Positions 1 through 12,785 of a stretch of DNA of 64,000 bases are shown here, one piece after another; the first letter of the stretch is position 1; every line of letters starts with the position of its first letter. This DNA comes from Amoebophrya sp. A120 (Eukaryota; Protista; Dinoflagellata): NCBI GenBank assembly GCA_905178155.1, contig CAJINV010000012.1:3475988-3539987 (forward strand), in the 5' to 3' direction. The notes under the pieces are model-generated. The model searched no databases. It was not told the DNA's origin and was given only the letters and a program-made list of their open reading frames with translations. The translations under genes and the position numbers were made by a program.

Positions 1-1742
1 ATTCTTTCACCCGATGTTCATATTACCATTTCTGCTTGTATCACCCAATGAGTTAGTTCGACGTATTTCTGCGCATTCATCTTGTTGTAGTTCTGAGAAG
101 TGATCTTCTACTTGTTCCCTAGTGCTAGTAACACTACCCGTAAAAACCGTTCACGACTACAGCTGAACAAAATTACATGACTCTTCAAGTCTAACCCATT
201 CCGGCGATTCTGCACAGCAACGGTGCTTTTCTATGTACAACTATAGCGACTCGACAAAAACAGGTAGAATTAGGATAGATGAAGTGCCAATCGATATGAA
301 CAAGAATTTTTTCGTAAATAAAATGTACCAACAACATCCCGCCCCAAAGAATTATCAAAGAAAACTATAACTCTGTTCTGCTTCTCCTATGAATTTTCTT
401 TGTATTATTGTGCTACCTAAGTTCTACTTCTATCTCCCACCCAGTCCGAAAGTTTTGAATTCTTCTAAATGACAGTAACTAAAAGCTGCAATTTGTATAG
501 CGGACGCTCGCTTTGGCGTTCGCTTGCGATGTCGCGTATTCCTCGGTCGCTTATAGTTCTTCGTCTCTTTCTTTCTAGGTTTTCTTGCAGATAGTAGCGA
601 TCTTCTAGATGTAGGAGCTTCGTCTAATACAAGATCGTGCTCTACTAGTGACTGTGGTGTCGAGAATTCAGCGCGAAGTTCAAATCATGACTCTAGACTC
701 TAGAGCACCCACGGACCCACCAGCACTGCAGTTTCACAAACAAAAACAAGCAGGAACGCCAACTTTCATGGATCGGCATTTCTTGCTCTACGACTACGAT
801 TTGTTTACCGCTAGCTTTCTGTAGTAGTCTCTCCAGTTTGTTTTCAGCTTTCCTTTTGCTCAGTACTGATTCAGTACAACAGAGGGAATTTATTAGCACA
901 ATCGACAACGACGACGAACACAAGTAACAGCCACAGCAATCAAAAAATATACCCTATCTATGAAGAAGAGTTTTTAATCCCGCCACCCTACCTGCGAAAC
1001 AATTCAACCGTTCTGCTGAGATACTTGCGAATGAACCCGAAAATTGACTCTGATGTAGATGTGTAGTAGCATCACGAGTACTCGTTCGAAGCCGAGGATT
1101 TTCACGTGACTGATATTTTCTCCGCCATTCGGCCTCTGGCAGTTACTACCTCCCAAGGGAGTTGCGCCAGGCTGTTGTCGTTAGTTGTTGTGTTTATTTC
1201 TTTGTGTTTCTTAGAAGTGGCCGGTGGGGCCGCGGTGCCTTTCTTTGCGCGTGGACGCGGCGGAGTAGGAGTGCGGTGGTATTTTGTGGTTGATACAACA
1301 GCAGAACAGACTGAAAAAACTTTTTCCTTTCCATGTTGAGAGCGGAGCAATTGACCTGTCGATATTCACTAGAGCATCAGCGAATATTTGTTGTTTCGGG
1401 AGCGAAATCTACTTTCTTCACTGTTACTCGTTTCACAGCTCGATTTTTTTCTGGAGCGCAGGACCGTTGAGTTGGCGCCGCACAGTTTCTGAGTTTTTGC
1501 GCTGGGATGTTTCTACTTCTTTGGAAAAAGTTGCACTCACTGCACCAGCGCCACGAGGGAGGATTGAGAATGACGCTGACGCACGGCATAGCTCTGGTTG
1601 CAGCCCCGGGTGTTGCACGAAATTCAAATTTGTTTGTGGTGAACCATGCAAAGGTTATTTCTTCATCGCTCGAACCTGCTGTAGATGCAATAAACACACG
1701 ACACGTAAATCTTCTAAAAAAATCTTTTGAATCTTCAACAAA

Positions 1743-4700
1743 ATGCCTGCACAGCAAGCTGCAGAGCACGACGATGGCGACGATTCTCCTAACGAAAACG
1801 ACGTGATTTTCTTCGCGAAGGAAACAAACACCTCGTCTGCAACGGAAGATGGGACGCAAATCCAGGTAAAGCAGCCACAACCGCATCAAGATTCTGCGGA
1901 TCACCGAGAAAACAACGAGCACCAATTCACCGCACAAGCAACCAGCTCGGATGACCAACAGGAAGGGCTCCCAGGTGTAGTTGGTTCTCGTGCAGCTGCT
2001 TCATCAGGTCGCGGTGGTCCACCCGCGCCACCGCCTGCACCGCCCGCGAGCCGGAGTACGGCTGGTGCGAGGATGATGAACTCTAGCGAAGGCGGGAGCA
2101 AAACTAAAGATGAGAAAGTACTTCGAGCAAACGACCTCGAAAAGGAACCAGAAGCGATTTCGCCAGAGGACGAAGACGTCAATGGTCTCAAGGAGCCGGA
2201 ACCGCCGCCAGAAGAAGGTGGAACGGCCCCCGAACAAGTTGGGGGTGGTGAAGCAGATAGAACAAATACCGCAGATCTAGTACTACCCGTTGCAAGCGGC
2301 GAAGAACTTCTGCAGCAAGGAGCTGCACACAGTAACAGCGATGACAATCCGACACTGGACGAACTACCTGCTTTGCCCGACGCAACCTCGGGGGCAGAAA
2401 TAAGAGCGAATCAGGTTTCGGTGTTGGCACAGGAGGAAAATGCGAAAGCGCTTGCGTCTTCCTCCCCACCTGCGATAAATGCTACGGCGGGACCGAGTGG
2501 AACCGCTGTTCGACTTCGAACAAGCACTGCTGTTCTCCGCACCGGCCCCAACTGGTACTGGACCTGCACACCGGAATTTGCGAAATGGTCTTCTGACCCT
2601 TTTACGAGAGGCAGAGGCCAAGAATCTACTGCAACTACAAACGTGCTACCAACGGCAGAGTTGTCGGCTTCTTCAGCAACTACGAACAACCTCTCTCTGC
2701 GGCTCTTCGTGACGATTTGGAATTTGCACGGGAAAACCCCGCCGGCGGATTTCTCCACCTGGATTCCGCATTCGAAGGAGAATCTGCATCACCTCTACGT
2801 GATCGGCACGTGCGAATCGTGTCAGACGATAAACCGGGCGATACTCCGCCCGAAACGGTCGAAATTGGCCAAATACGCCAGGGACTTTGAGACGTTTCTG
2901 AACTCGATAGAAGTGGAAGAAAACGGGGATGCAGAAAATCACGCCGAGTTGTCCCGATCTCCAGAAGGGCTAGGGTCAGCAGACCAGCAACTCCCACTGT
3001 ACACCCCGATCGTGATCAACTCGCTGGGGGCAACGCACTTGATGGTCTTCGCGCACAGGTCCATTTTGAAGATGATTTGGGACGTGAAAACCACGACGTG
3101 CGCCTTATGAAATGCAAAAGTGTCTGGGTCTGGAAGAATGCAACTTGTGATGCTGTATTTGGATTCCAAAAAAATCTGTATTGCATGAGTAGCAAACAGA
3201 ATGCAACTTTTTCTACGCTGAGAAGGCATTTGTTAGGCATCAAGAAGCCCTCAAAAAATCTGTATTGCTAGGGTATGCATCACAGACATCATCATGGCTC
3301 ATGCAAAACGTGCATGACAAGTGTCAGAATCTTCCAGACCCAGACACTTTTACAGTTGATACGCCTGCGGTTTCGGCAACTTGGTCGGGAACAAGGGCGG
3401 CGTTTTGCTGGGCATGAGTATCTATGCATTGCAAAAGTATGATCGTACTAGTATGATAATCGCGTGACAAATTTTCTCAAAGGGAGAAATGGAATTTGTA
3501 TATGCTTGCTCAACATCAACAGTTGATGTTGAACATCTAGTTTGCATACCTGCAATTTGTCTGTACGATAGTACTTGTGCAATGCATAGCATCGGGTCGA
3601 GTTCCTTTCTCTTCGTCTGCAGCCACCTGCCCGCGCACAAGTCCGGGATGAAGCAGCGGACCGCGGCGTTCAAGCGGATCATGAATTATTCGAAAGTGTA
3701 TTTGAAACCCGCGAAGAGAATGGCGAGCAATCATGGCGCGGAGGACGAAGAAGAGGGTCAGCGCTACGATGGCCACCGTGCTGGGCGGGGGACACCAGCT
3801 GTTGGAAAAAATACGGCGAACAGCCCAGCCTCGCGTGCTAGGCCGGCATGGCAAGCTGCTGATGGGGAAGCAGATCATGCTGGAAGATCTTCGACTGAAA
3901 GAGCTGGCACTACAGCATCTTCGCAGGAGAACAACCTCCTTCGTGACAGCACAGCAACAAACGGACCTTCCTCGTCCATGCGGGTTCAACTCCCGGGCGC
4001 GATTTTGGAAGAAGGAGCACACAGGAGCCATGCAGGGGAAGATGATGAATCGTCCTCGTCTCCAGATGTCGATCTTGATGCTGATGATGATCAAATAAAT
4101 CAGTCCCGAGAAATAATGCCTGCGCGAATAGTACTGACCGACGTCGATGAAGACGATCATTCTACTACGTTGATACAACCAGCAGCACCTCGAGGTGGAC
4201 AACTGCTGCGCCTGTCACCTACTTTGCCGGTTCGTCATATCAATCCAGGTACAACTAGCGGGCTACTGTGCGGTAGTAATGAAGATGATGCAGATCATCA
4301 GTTTCAAGATGCAGCTTCAGCTATCCTGTGCAAAAGTATCGTACTCGTAGTAATTGCAGTCATGCATTACAAATATCTTTGCTAAGGTAAATCCGCATGA
4401 CAAGTTTCATTTCTCATGCTGAGGAAATTTGTAATGCATTTATACGAGTGCGATGCTTTTGCAATGCATATCAGCTTCCTCCCCCTGCTCTCTCCTGTCG
4501 AGTAGATCCAGATCATCGTCGCGCGGTGCAGCAGCCGAATGTCTGCTCTACTCCAGTCGCAGTCCAACATCAGACGATGATGAAATAAACTCGAGTTCGT
4601 CGTCTTCTTCTGATGGGGTTCTGTTCTCGGAAGATGATGAGTTTTCTTCAGAGGAAGATGTTGCCGATGTTGAAAAGGGGGACTATCTGGAGCACTCCGG

Positions 4701-6760
4701 CAACTACCTGAATCTCTCATACCAGAGTCGGGAAGGCACGCACAACCGCGAAGAGTCTCCGAGCCTGTTCTCGCGGCTTTTCGGGGGAGGAGGCGGAGAC
4801 AAGAATCGGCCGAGAGTGCATCCGGTAGCTGCTCAACATGGGACCACGACGAGCACGCCAGCCTCCTCACAGCAACAGCAGCACCCAGGATCGAATTCCC
4901 AGGCAGATTTCGTTTTCTTTTTCGGCGACCTGAATTTTCGTTTGAACATGAAACGCGAGGCGGCCGATAATTGCATAGTGCAGTCGGATATCCTGTGCAA
5001 AAGTATCGTACTCATAGTAATCGCAACCATGCATTACAAATCTCCTTCTCAAGGACAAGGAGCTCAATCCGCATGACAAATTCTATTTTTCATGCTGAGG
5101 GAATTTGTCATGCGATTTCTACTACGTAGTAGTACGATACTTTTGCATTTCATATCGGACCACCGGAAACTACTCGCAAGTGACACGCTGCTGCCCATGC
5201 TCAGCATGTTTCAGCAGCCAAGAGCAGGGGCAGGGCCACCCCCTGTGGTCGTGGATGGGCACGAGCGCCAAACCAATGCAAGCAATTCTGCTCCTTCGTC
5301 ACAGCTACTACATCGACAAAGCTCCGAAGACAACGACAGTGCAACAGACGACATCCAACCGCGGGTCGTTTTACAGCAGCCGAATAGCAGTAGTGGAGTG
5401 GATAGGCACCGCGAAAGTATCGCACTACGTACAAATTGCATCACAAGTTTGATGTTCAGCATGAGAAATGGAATTTGCAATGTGGATTGACTTTGCAAAA
5501 GAGATTTGTAATGCATAAGAAGTGCGATTAGTACGAGTGCGGTAGTTCTTTTGCAGTGCATAGTGGAGGTGGGATCTCCAACCACGGGAATGAATTCCTC
5601 TCCGAACACAGGGTATGCAAGAAAAAAACTGTGTGAGTGTAAGTTTGTGAAGATGCAAAAAACGCAAGACGGTTTCCGAAGTGCAAGTTTACGAATCGCT
5701 CCTCACCCGTGGGGAGGCGTTTTTTTTGATTTTTTCGGTCGGTTTGAAAACGTCTGGCTCTGGCCAATTTTGAAAAATTGCAAGACTTTTGGTTTTTGCC
5801 TCAGCCGTTCCGCCACCTAGTACGAATCGCTCCTCACCCGTGGGGAGGCGGTTTTTTGGATTTTTTCGGTCTGTTTGCGAAAGACGGACGCTGGCCAATT
5901 TTGAAAAATTGCAAGACTTTTGGTTTTTGCCTCAGCCGTTCTGCCGCCTACGAATCGCTCCTCACCCGTGGGGAGGCGGTTTTTGTGATTTTTTCGGTCT
6001 GTTTGCAAAAGAGGGACGCTGGCCAATTTTGAAAAATTGCAAGACTTTTGGTTTTTGCCTTGGCCGTTCTGCCGCCTACGAAGCGCTCCTCACCCGTGGG
6101 GAGGCGGTTTTTTTTTTTCGGTCGGTTTGCAGAGACTGGAGGCTGGCCAATTTTCCAAAATTGCAAGATTTTTTGTGTTTGCCTCAGCCGTTCTGCCGCC
6201 TATGAATTCTCTCCACTGGTAGCTGCGCATGACAGGTTTTTACTGTATATGAAAAACGATCTGCTCTTTCTGCACGGTTACACACACTTTTTTCCTTGGA
6301 TACCGGAACCACGGCAGGGTACCAATCATCTTTCGGCGGTGTATCGGGAGCGGTCACGGATTTGTCGACACCAACTGGTGCCGGCTCCGGTGGAGCAGCT
6401 CCTTCGTGGTCCGAGTTTGCTGAGATGCCGATCAATTTTCCGCCGACGTACAAAATCAACGCGTTTACGAGGCTGGATTACGACACGTCCAAGAAAAAGC
6501 GCGTGCCAGCGTGGACCGACCGGATTTTGTACAAACCCAACAAAAATCTGAAACCCTTGTGCTACGACGCGATTTTTGACAACGAGCAACTCTACCTCTC
6601 TGACCACAGACCGGTGTACGCGCAATTTGAGGCGGAGCTGAAGAATGTGAACAGGTGGACGCCGCTTGGGGCCGCGGTGGACCAGGGGCAGAGTTTTGGA
6701 AGCAGTGTCTCCTCCTCTGCTGCGACTACCGGGGGAAGCTCAATGTGTGTGTTGATGTGA
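1743..6760 (+). CDS. Inositol polyphosphate 5-phosphatase (INPP5E-like), 7 exons, C-terminal CaaX
   Basis: Removing 6 introners joins IPPc motifs: FVTIWNLHGK, LYVIGTCE, CA|CGFGNLVGNKGGV, FLFVCSHLPAH, FFGDLNFRL, EMPINFPPTYK, KKRVPAWTDRILY, SDHRPV. Ends CVLM-stop. Confidence 0.9.
3106..3361. mobile_element. Introner family A (TIR ..AAAAnTGTCTGGGTCTGGAA)
   Basis: TATG..GATA, DR cgcct. Removal restores TTCA|CGFGNLVGNKGG. Confidence 0.9.
3423..3588. mobile_element. Introner family B (TIR ..GCAAAAGTATCGTACT)
   Basis: DR gtatc/gcatc, frame restored. Confidence 0.85.
4322..4470. mobile_element. Introner family B
   Basis: DR tcagc, frame restored. Confidence 0.9.
4989..5154. mobile_element. Introner family B
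   Basis: DR tcgga, restores QSD|HRKLL. Confidence 0.9.
5403..5562. mobile_element. Introner family B (degenerate)
   Basis: DR gtgga, frame restored. Confidence 0.85.
5614..6302. mobile_element. Introner family L containing a nested satellite array
   Basis: TIR tatgcaagaaaaaaactgtgtg / cacacacttttttccttggata, DR caggg/ccgga. Related to 39711-39920. Confidence 0.75.
5690..6204. repeat. ~128-bp satellite, ~4 units (inside an introner)
   Basis: acgaatcgctcctcacccgtggggaggcgg recurs at ~5691, 5822, 5950, 6078. Confidence 0.9.
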
Positions 6761-7164
6761 GTTTACACTTATTGACTATGCACAAGAAACGCAATCCCGA
6801 TCCATATCCACCTGACCAGTGATGGTTGAGATTGTGACTTTCCATAGGTCATACATGCGGCTTGCTTTCATTCTTGCCGCCGTGACGCAGACGTGGGTTC
6901 GGCTTTTTGGTGGTTCTTGCTACCACCTACTGGTGCGAGCCAGCAAGTTGACATTGGCCGTACAAGTTCTTAGCTCTCGGCATCTTTACTAACGGACGCA
7001 CGTCCGGCGCCATCATGTGAGGATGGAAAAAGGTGCGGTCGGCCGCACTGTTCGACAGCTTGAATGTCATAGCACGAGCAACAGAATATGAAGTGAAACT
7101 CCTGTCGGTACTTACATTGATTTTCCACTATCCCGTTTACGTTTTGGAGGTAGGTTGACGCTTA

Positions 7165-7661
7165 CCTCAGCCGTTCTGCCGCCTACGAATCGCTCCTCAC
7201 CCGTGGGAGGGCGGTTTTTCGGATTTTTTCAGTCGGTTTGCAAATGTCTGACGCTGGCCAATTTTCCAAAGTTGCAAGATTTTGATTTTTTGTGTTGCCT
7301 CAGCCATTCTGCCGCCTACGAATCGCTCCTCACCCGTGGGGAGGCGGTTTTTTTGATTTTTTCGGTCTGTTTGCGAGAGAGTGACGCTGGCCAATTTTAC
7401 AAAATTGCAAGATTTTTTGTGTTTGCCTCAGCCGTTCTGCCGCCTACCAATCGCTCCTCACCCGTGGGGAGGCGGCTTTTTGGATTTTTTCAGTCGGTTT
7501 GCAAACGCCTGACGCTCGCCAATTTTGAAAAATTGCGAGATTTTTTGTGTTTGCTTCGGCCGTTCTGCCGCCTACGAATCGCTCCTCACCCGTGGGGAGG
7601 CGGTTTTTTTGATTTTTTCGGTCTGTTTGCATAAGCGTGACGCTGGCCAATTTTGAAAAAT
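7165..7661. repeat. ~128-bp satellite, ~4 units (intergenic)
   Basis: Same unit as 5690-6204. Confidence 0.9.
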
Positions 7662-8082
7662 TCGCACAGTATCTATCATCATGTAGCGGCGACTTATACT
7701 AGCAGGAGGATGAGGCTCAAAGGACAAGCAGGAGGTGTAGATGTAGTGTCTGTGTCGAGAGATTTGATGTTCGCAAGGTGTTGACAAGAATTGAAGAGAT
7801 GCGAGAGAAGCTATTTACTATTTACTTTCTTAGTGGTCATCTTCACGTTCAATTTCTTTGCAAGTTGACCAGGTCCCAACGTTTGTGCACTACTTTATTT
7901 TTGCAAGGTACTACAGGTACAGCTGGACAATCGTTCATAAGTAGGACTGTCTTCTTGCGCGGCAGCTTCACGTTCACTTTCAATTTGAGTACTAGTTTCC
8001 GGCACGTTTCAGTAACGACTTGAATTCTACTGCATCGATATTGAACTGCTCTTTTGGTGTAGAAGTGCAAGAAAACCACGAC

Positions 8083-9256
8083 ATGGCCACACCGAGTAGA
8101 AGTGCAAGTCGTGCCAGCTCGCAGCGCTCCTCTGCGGGAGCGGGTCAATCCCGAACAGAGGAAGACTGCGAAAGGCTCGACGCGTGCCTGGACTTTCTCG
8201 TTCGAGTCGTTCCGCAAACAATTTTTGCTCCGTGCATAATGTTGACGGAAGCAGCGGCGGCGGGCGGTGGATCAACATCTTCTACAGCCGCGAGGAATTA
8301 TGCAACAGAGTCCGAGCGACAGGAGGCGGAACTCTACGCGAAGGTCCCGCAACTACTCTCCACCCAGTCGCACCTGCTAATTCCGAGACGCCGAATCATA
8401 TCGCAAGCTGTAGCACGACTGACGCTCCTCGGCCGAAGAGGTCCGCAAGGAGGAGGGGGAGCAAGAACCGCAACCACTTCTGGTTCTGAAGACGCGCCAC
8501 TAGTAGTAAACGAGTACGACGCAGATGAGGATATCAACGAAGCACTGAAGCAGATTGCCACGGTGCCGACCCTGCAGGCCGAGCTGTGGCGCCGGGACCC
8601 AGACGCGATTCCCGAACCGCTGCAAGCCGCGGTGTTGCACGTGTTTCTGCGGGATTTGGTCGCCAATTTTCAGAGGTTTGAGGACGAGTCGTTGATCAGG
8701 CGAGGGTCGGTTGGCAGCAAACAAACCAGCGACGCTGTGGACGAAGACGGGAAAATTTTTATTACAAGGAAAAATTATCACCCCTCCCCATATCGAAAAC
8801 GAAATTCAAATTTGTGATGCTGTATCTGAGAACACAACTCGACCTGTATTGCTAGAAGGCCAAGACCAAGAGCCACAGCTGTGGCCTCGTTTGCAGGCAA
8901 TTTGTCATGCTTCTTCCCACTTCCAGCTGCCTCCTGTCATGCTGAAGCTGCAAGGCTTGTTTCCCACGCCACCCAGCACTACAGGACTCCTGTAGTGCTG
9001 GGTGGCGTTCCAAGTAGTCCGCATCTTTTGCCTTCTAGCATGACAGAGCTGATTTCTTGTGGCCACACCCACAAATCTGCATCACAGATTTTCCCTTTCG
9101 TTTTGATACGGGGAGGGGGGATTTTTCTTCTTGATAGTTTTGATCGCGGGAACACGACCATCTCCACCACCACCTGTGGAGGTCGTAGACGAACAACCAG
9201 CTGAAGATCCTCCCCGCGCCGGCCCCCCGGCAGCACCTCGTCGAATCATCTGGTAA
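8083..9256 (+). CDS. Hypothetical protein, 2 exons
   Basis: ORF from ATG 8083 continues KIL|IAGTRPSPPPP..RRIIW* after removing element 8760-9136. No recognisable domain. Confidence 0.6.
8760..9136. mobile_element. Introner family C (TIR ..GGAAAAATCCCCCTCCCCATATC)
   Basis: DR atttt/gtttt, similar to 33485-33795. Confidence 0.85.
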
Positions 9257-9274
9257 CCAAAGCGTGCGCAAGCG

Positions 9275-9329
9275 CTCGCAAGAGCGCTTTGCGCGCGGGC
9301 TTGCCCGCGCGCAAAGCGCTCTTTGCGAG
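9275..9329. repeat. GC-rich hairpin, 21-bp perfect stem, TT loop
   Basis: aagagcgctttgcgcgcgggc-tt-gcccgcgcgcaaagcgctctt. Confidence 0.9.
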
Positions 9330-10103
9330 ATGCTCATCCATCGCAAACGCAGCGCGAAGGCTTTGCCGTTGCCATATGGGAGGGACTCGGGAGTATGCAA
9401 TCACTCGCAAAATCGGGCATTTCCAAGCGTGTTTTGCCGCCAGAAAGGGGATCTGAGAAAATTTGCGTAAGTTTTGCCGAAAGCAGCCAAAACAGTAATT
9501 ATCAAGCGGGGAGAGGGTAAAAAAGAGAAGTTTTATTGCTCCGCCCAGTCTGAATCTGAAAAAAGATATTGGCGTTTTCGGCTAGGGCCGACGGTGTGAT
9601 GCGTTTTATAGCGGAAAATGCGTCACGTGCAGGCAGCTCCGGCCGCTTAGAAATTGAAAAAAATTGCGAAAAAAACGCTATTTTTCGCAGCATGCAAGCG
9701 GCCGACTAAATTTACCGATTTTCTCCAGTTCCCGGAAACCGCTTGAAAATTGAAAATGACAATTTTTGCTGAAAAAGCAAAAGCCGCTTGAAAATTGCCG
9801 CTCAAAAGTGGTTTTCAAATTTGTCCGGAGGCCCGTGGCACCAGGATTGGACGACAAAAAAACAACTATCAAGCCTGTGGAGGTGTGTCCACCCCCCACG
9901 GTTTTCGACGTGTATGAAGGCCAGAATTGCGATCCTCCTCCCGCTTGGAAATGCCCGATCTGGGTGGCCCAAAAGGGCTGCCAGAAATGGCGAGAGTTGT
10001 TTAAATTTTTGAAGTTTGCGCATTTTCCCGGGCCAGCGTGCCGCCGTGCATAACGTTATGCGCGATGGAGTGCTGCTCGCCAAAAAACGCAGTCTTTTGC
10101 GCG

Positions 10104-10237
10104 CCCTTGCTTCCTGGTTAGAGGATGAGAGCGCGGCCCGAAGCGGGCTGCAGTGTTGGACCGCGGCCCTTGGGCCGCGGTCCAAGAGTGGTGCCCGCGA
10201 GGGCCGCGCTCTCATCCTCTAACCAGGAAGTCAAGGG
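10104..10237. repeat. Long imperfect palindrome (~65-bp arms), TT loop
   Basis: 10110-10139 is the reverse complement of 10201-10230. Inner stem ttggaccgcggccc-tt-gggccgcggtccaa. Confidence 0.9.
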
Positions 10238-10892
10238 ATGCGCGGTAGCCTTCGCGCTGATTGGGGCGCTTCGCACGCTTTTGGTTACCAATATCGCCCT
10301 CCGGGCGCGACCTTAATACGCCCGTCAGAAGCTTCTGATGCGGTCTTTTGCACACGCCTGCACATGTCCGAAAACGTTCCTGCCGGTTCCCTGCTGCTGG
10401 TGCTTGAGGAGTTACGAAATAAGCAGGTCCAGGCCATCGGTGCCTACGCGGAAACCACGGAGAACGACGGCGACGGGTCCACGTTTGTGCGCCGGTGCGG
10501 TCCGGACTGGCTTTCCTGTCCAGAAAAGTGTCCGAACAAACGCATCTATTACCTCACGACGGCAGGGTGAGGAGCAGGACCTGCTGGGTTAGCTGTAGCA
10601 GGAGGTGCTGGAGAAGGACTTACTTGGGAGCTGGAGAAGCAGACTGCGTGATCCATCTGGAGCGGTGAGGATGGGAAATGGGTTCATTTTCTGCAGCGCA
10701 ACGCGACCAAGATAGAAGAACACAGCTGCATCGCCTGAAATGATCATAATGCTGTGAAAATGTACAGTTGTTTATTGTATGACTACAGCAGGTTTGAAAT
10801 GAACAGAAACGACTTCACCTACGAGAAGATAATCACACACTGCAGCCGCGAAGAACATGATCTTTGCGAGGAGAATGAATTCTAACACTGCC

Positions 10893-11694
10893 ACATTTTT
10901 GTGTTTGCCTCAGCCGTTCTGCCGCCTACGAATCGCTGCTCACCCGTGGGGAGGCGTTTTTTCTGATTTTTTCGGTCGGTTTGCACAAATTGAACGCTGG
11001 CCAATTTTCGAAAAGTTCAAGATTTCTTGTCTTTGCCTCGCCGTTGGCCGCCTATGAATCGCTCCTCACCCGTGGGGAGGCGGTTTTTTTGATTTTTTCC
11101 GCCATTTTGCAAGCAGCTGACGCCGATTTTCTTCAAAAACTGCGACATTTTTGTCGTTTGTCTCAGCCGTTCTGCCAGCTACGAATCGCTCCTCAGCCGT
11201 GGAGGGGAGCTTTTTTTGATTTTTTCCGCCAGTTTGCAACCAGCTGACGCTGGCCGATTTTCAAAAACTGCGACATTTTTGTCGTTTGTCTCAGCTGTTC
11301 TACCAGCTGCGAATCGCTCCTCAGCCGTGGAGGGGAGCTTTTTTTGATTTTTTCCGCCAGTTTGCAGGCAGCTGACGCTGGCCGATTTTCAAAAACTGCG
11401 ACATTTTTGTCGTTTGTCTCAGCCGTTCTGCCAGCTACGACTCGCTCCTCAGCCGTGGAGGGGGGCTTTTTTTGATTTTTTCCGCCATTTTGCAAGCAGC
11501 TGATGCTGGCCGATTTTCAAAAACTGCGACATTTTTGTCGTTTGTCTCAGCCGTTCTGCCAGCTACGAATCGCTCCTCAGCCGTGGAGGGTAGCTTTTTT
11601 TGATTTTTTCCGCCCTTTTTCAAGCAGCTGACGCTGGCCGATTTTCAAAAACTGCGACATTTTTTTCGTTTGTCTTACCCGTTTTGCCGCCTAT
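10893..11694. repeat. ~128-bp satellite, ~6 units (variant subfamily)
   Basis: Same core. Later units carry ctcctcagccgtggagggg. Confidence 0.9.
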
Positions 11695-12785
11695 GGAGGC
11701 GTGCTGTTTTGAATTCGCATTATTCTCGTTCATTTTGCAAGTCCAAGCTGTTGACGCTGACCAATTTTCATGAATTGAGCGTTTCAAAAGATGCATGCAT
11801 GAAAAAAGGTGACAGAGCAGGAGGACCAAGACCTTCGGCTTCGCCGGGGGCAGGCGCTATCCAAACAAGCAACCAAACATGCGCGGCAATCAATCTTCTC
11901 TACCCAGGTGGCACATTTGCAGTTGACCGTTTATTTTCTACTCTTCACTAGCATTGTAGCTGCATGGAAAAACTATCGCGATCTAACATGCAGCGCAGGT
12001 TCTTGTGAAAGTCAAAAGACGTTGAAATGATGATCGCAGGCGATTTTCCGCTCCAGAAAATTGAAGAATGGCAAGGAGCCCTGCGGTGTTCTAAGGATCA
12101 GGCATTGACATTTCAAACCTGCTCTCATCCGCGTCTTTTTGTATGTGTGAGACTTCCCTGCCGATCCACTAATTGCTGTCGGCCACCTCGTTGCAAACAA
12201 AAGTTTTTTCACAGTCCCCAAACTGAAAAACGAAACGATCCCGGAACACAGCAAAATGATCTTGATCGCGATCCAGAAGAATAAATGAATCGATCCCGGA
12301 ACACCTACACAACCTTGAATCTCAGTCGGTAGAAAATGTATTGTGGAGCAACAAGGACAAGGAGCATCAAGAGTTTCACGATAGAAGACCTGCGCAAGAA
12401 TTTCCCGACCCTAGGTCTCCATCGATTGGAGCTGTTTCATCATCGGGCGGATTTGTCTACAAAGTTCTATCACATATTTTTTCAAGACATATGACATTGA
12501 CCACAACCAGAGACATCAATTACATACGTGTGATTGTGATTATACAAGTCCATCAACCTCCAAAATCCACTCGCCTACTCATTTTTCTACTTACAACGAG
12601 GTACTGAGCTGAAGTGGTACGTTGTCACCTGCATCAAAAAATCTCAATTTGCGTCGCTATATTCTTCAGCTATTTTGTCGTTGTCTCAGGCACACAGCCT
12701 CAAACTTTCATCATAATTCGGACAAGACTTCATTAGTCCTGTTGCTGTTTTTCCCGTTAGGGATAGTTACCTTGACAAAATCAAA

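Noticed and set aside
5697-5735. Hairpin plus T-run as a bacterial rho-independent terminator
   Set aside because: Part of the satellite unit in a eukaryotic genome, here located inside an intron.
5690-11694. Satellite arrays as CRISPR arrays
   Set aside because: Whole ~128-bp units repeat with no unique spacers, there are no cas genes, and the context is eukaryotic.
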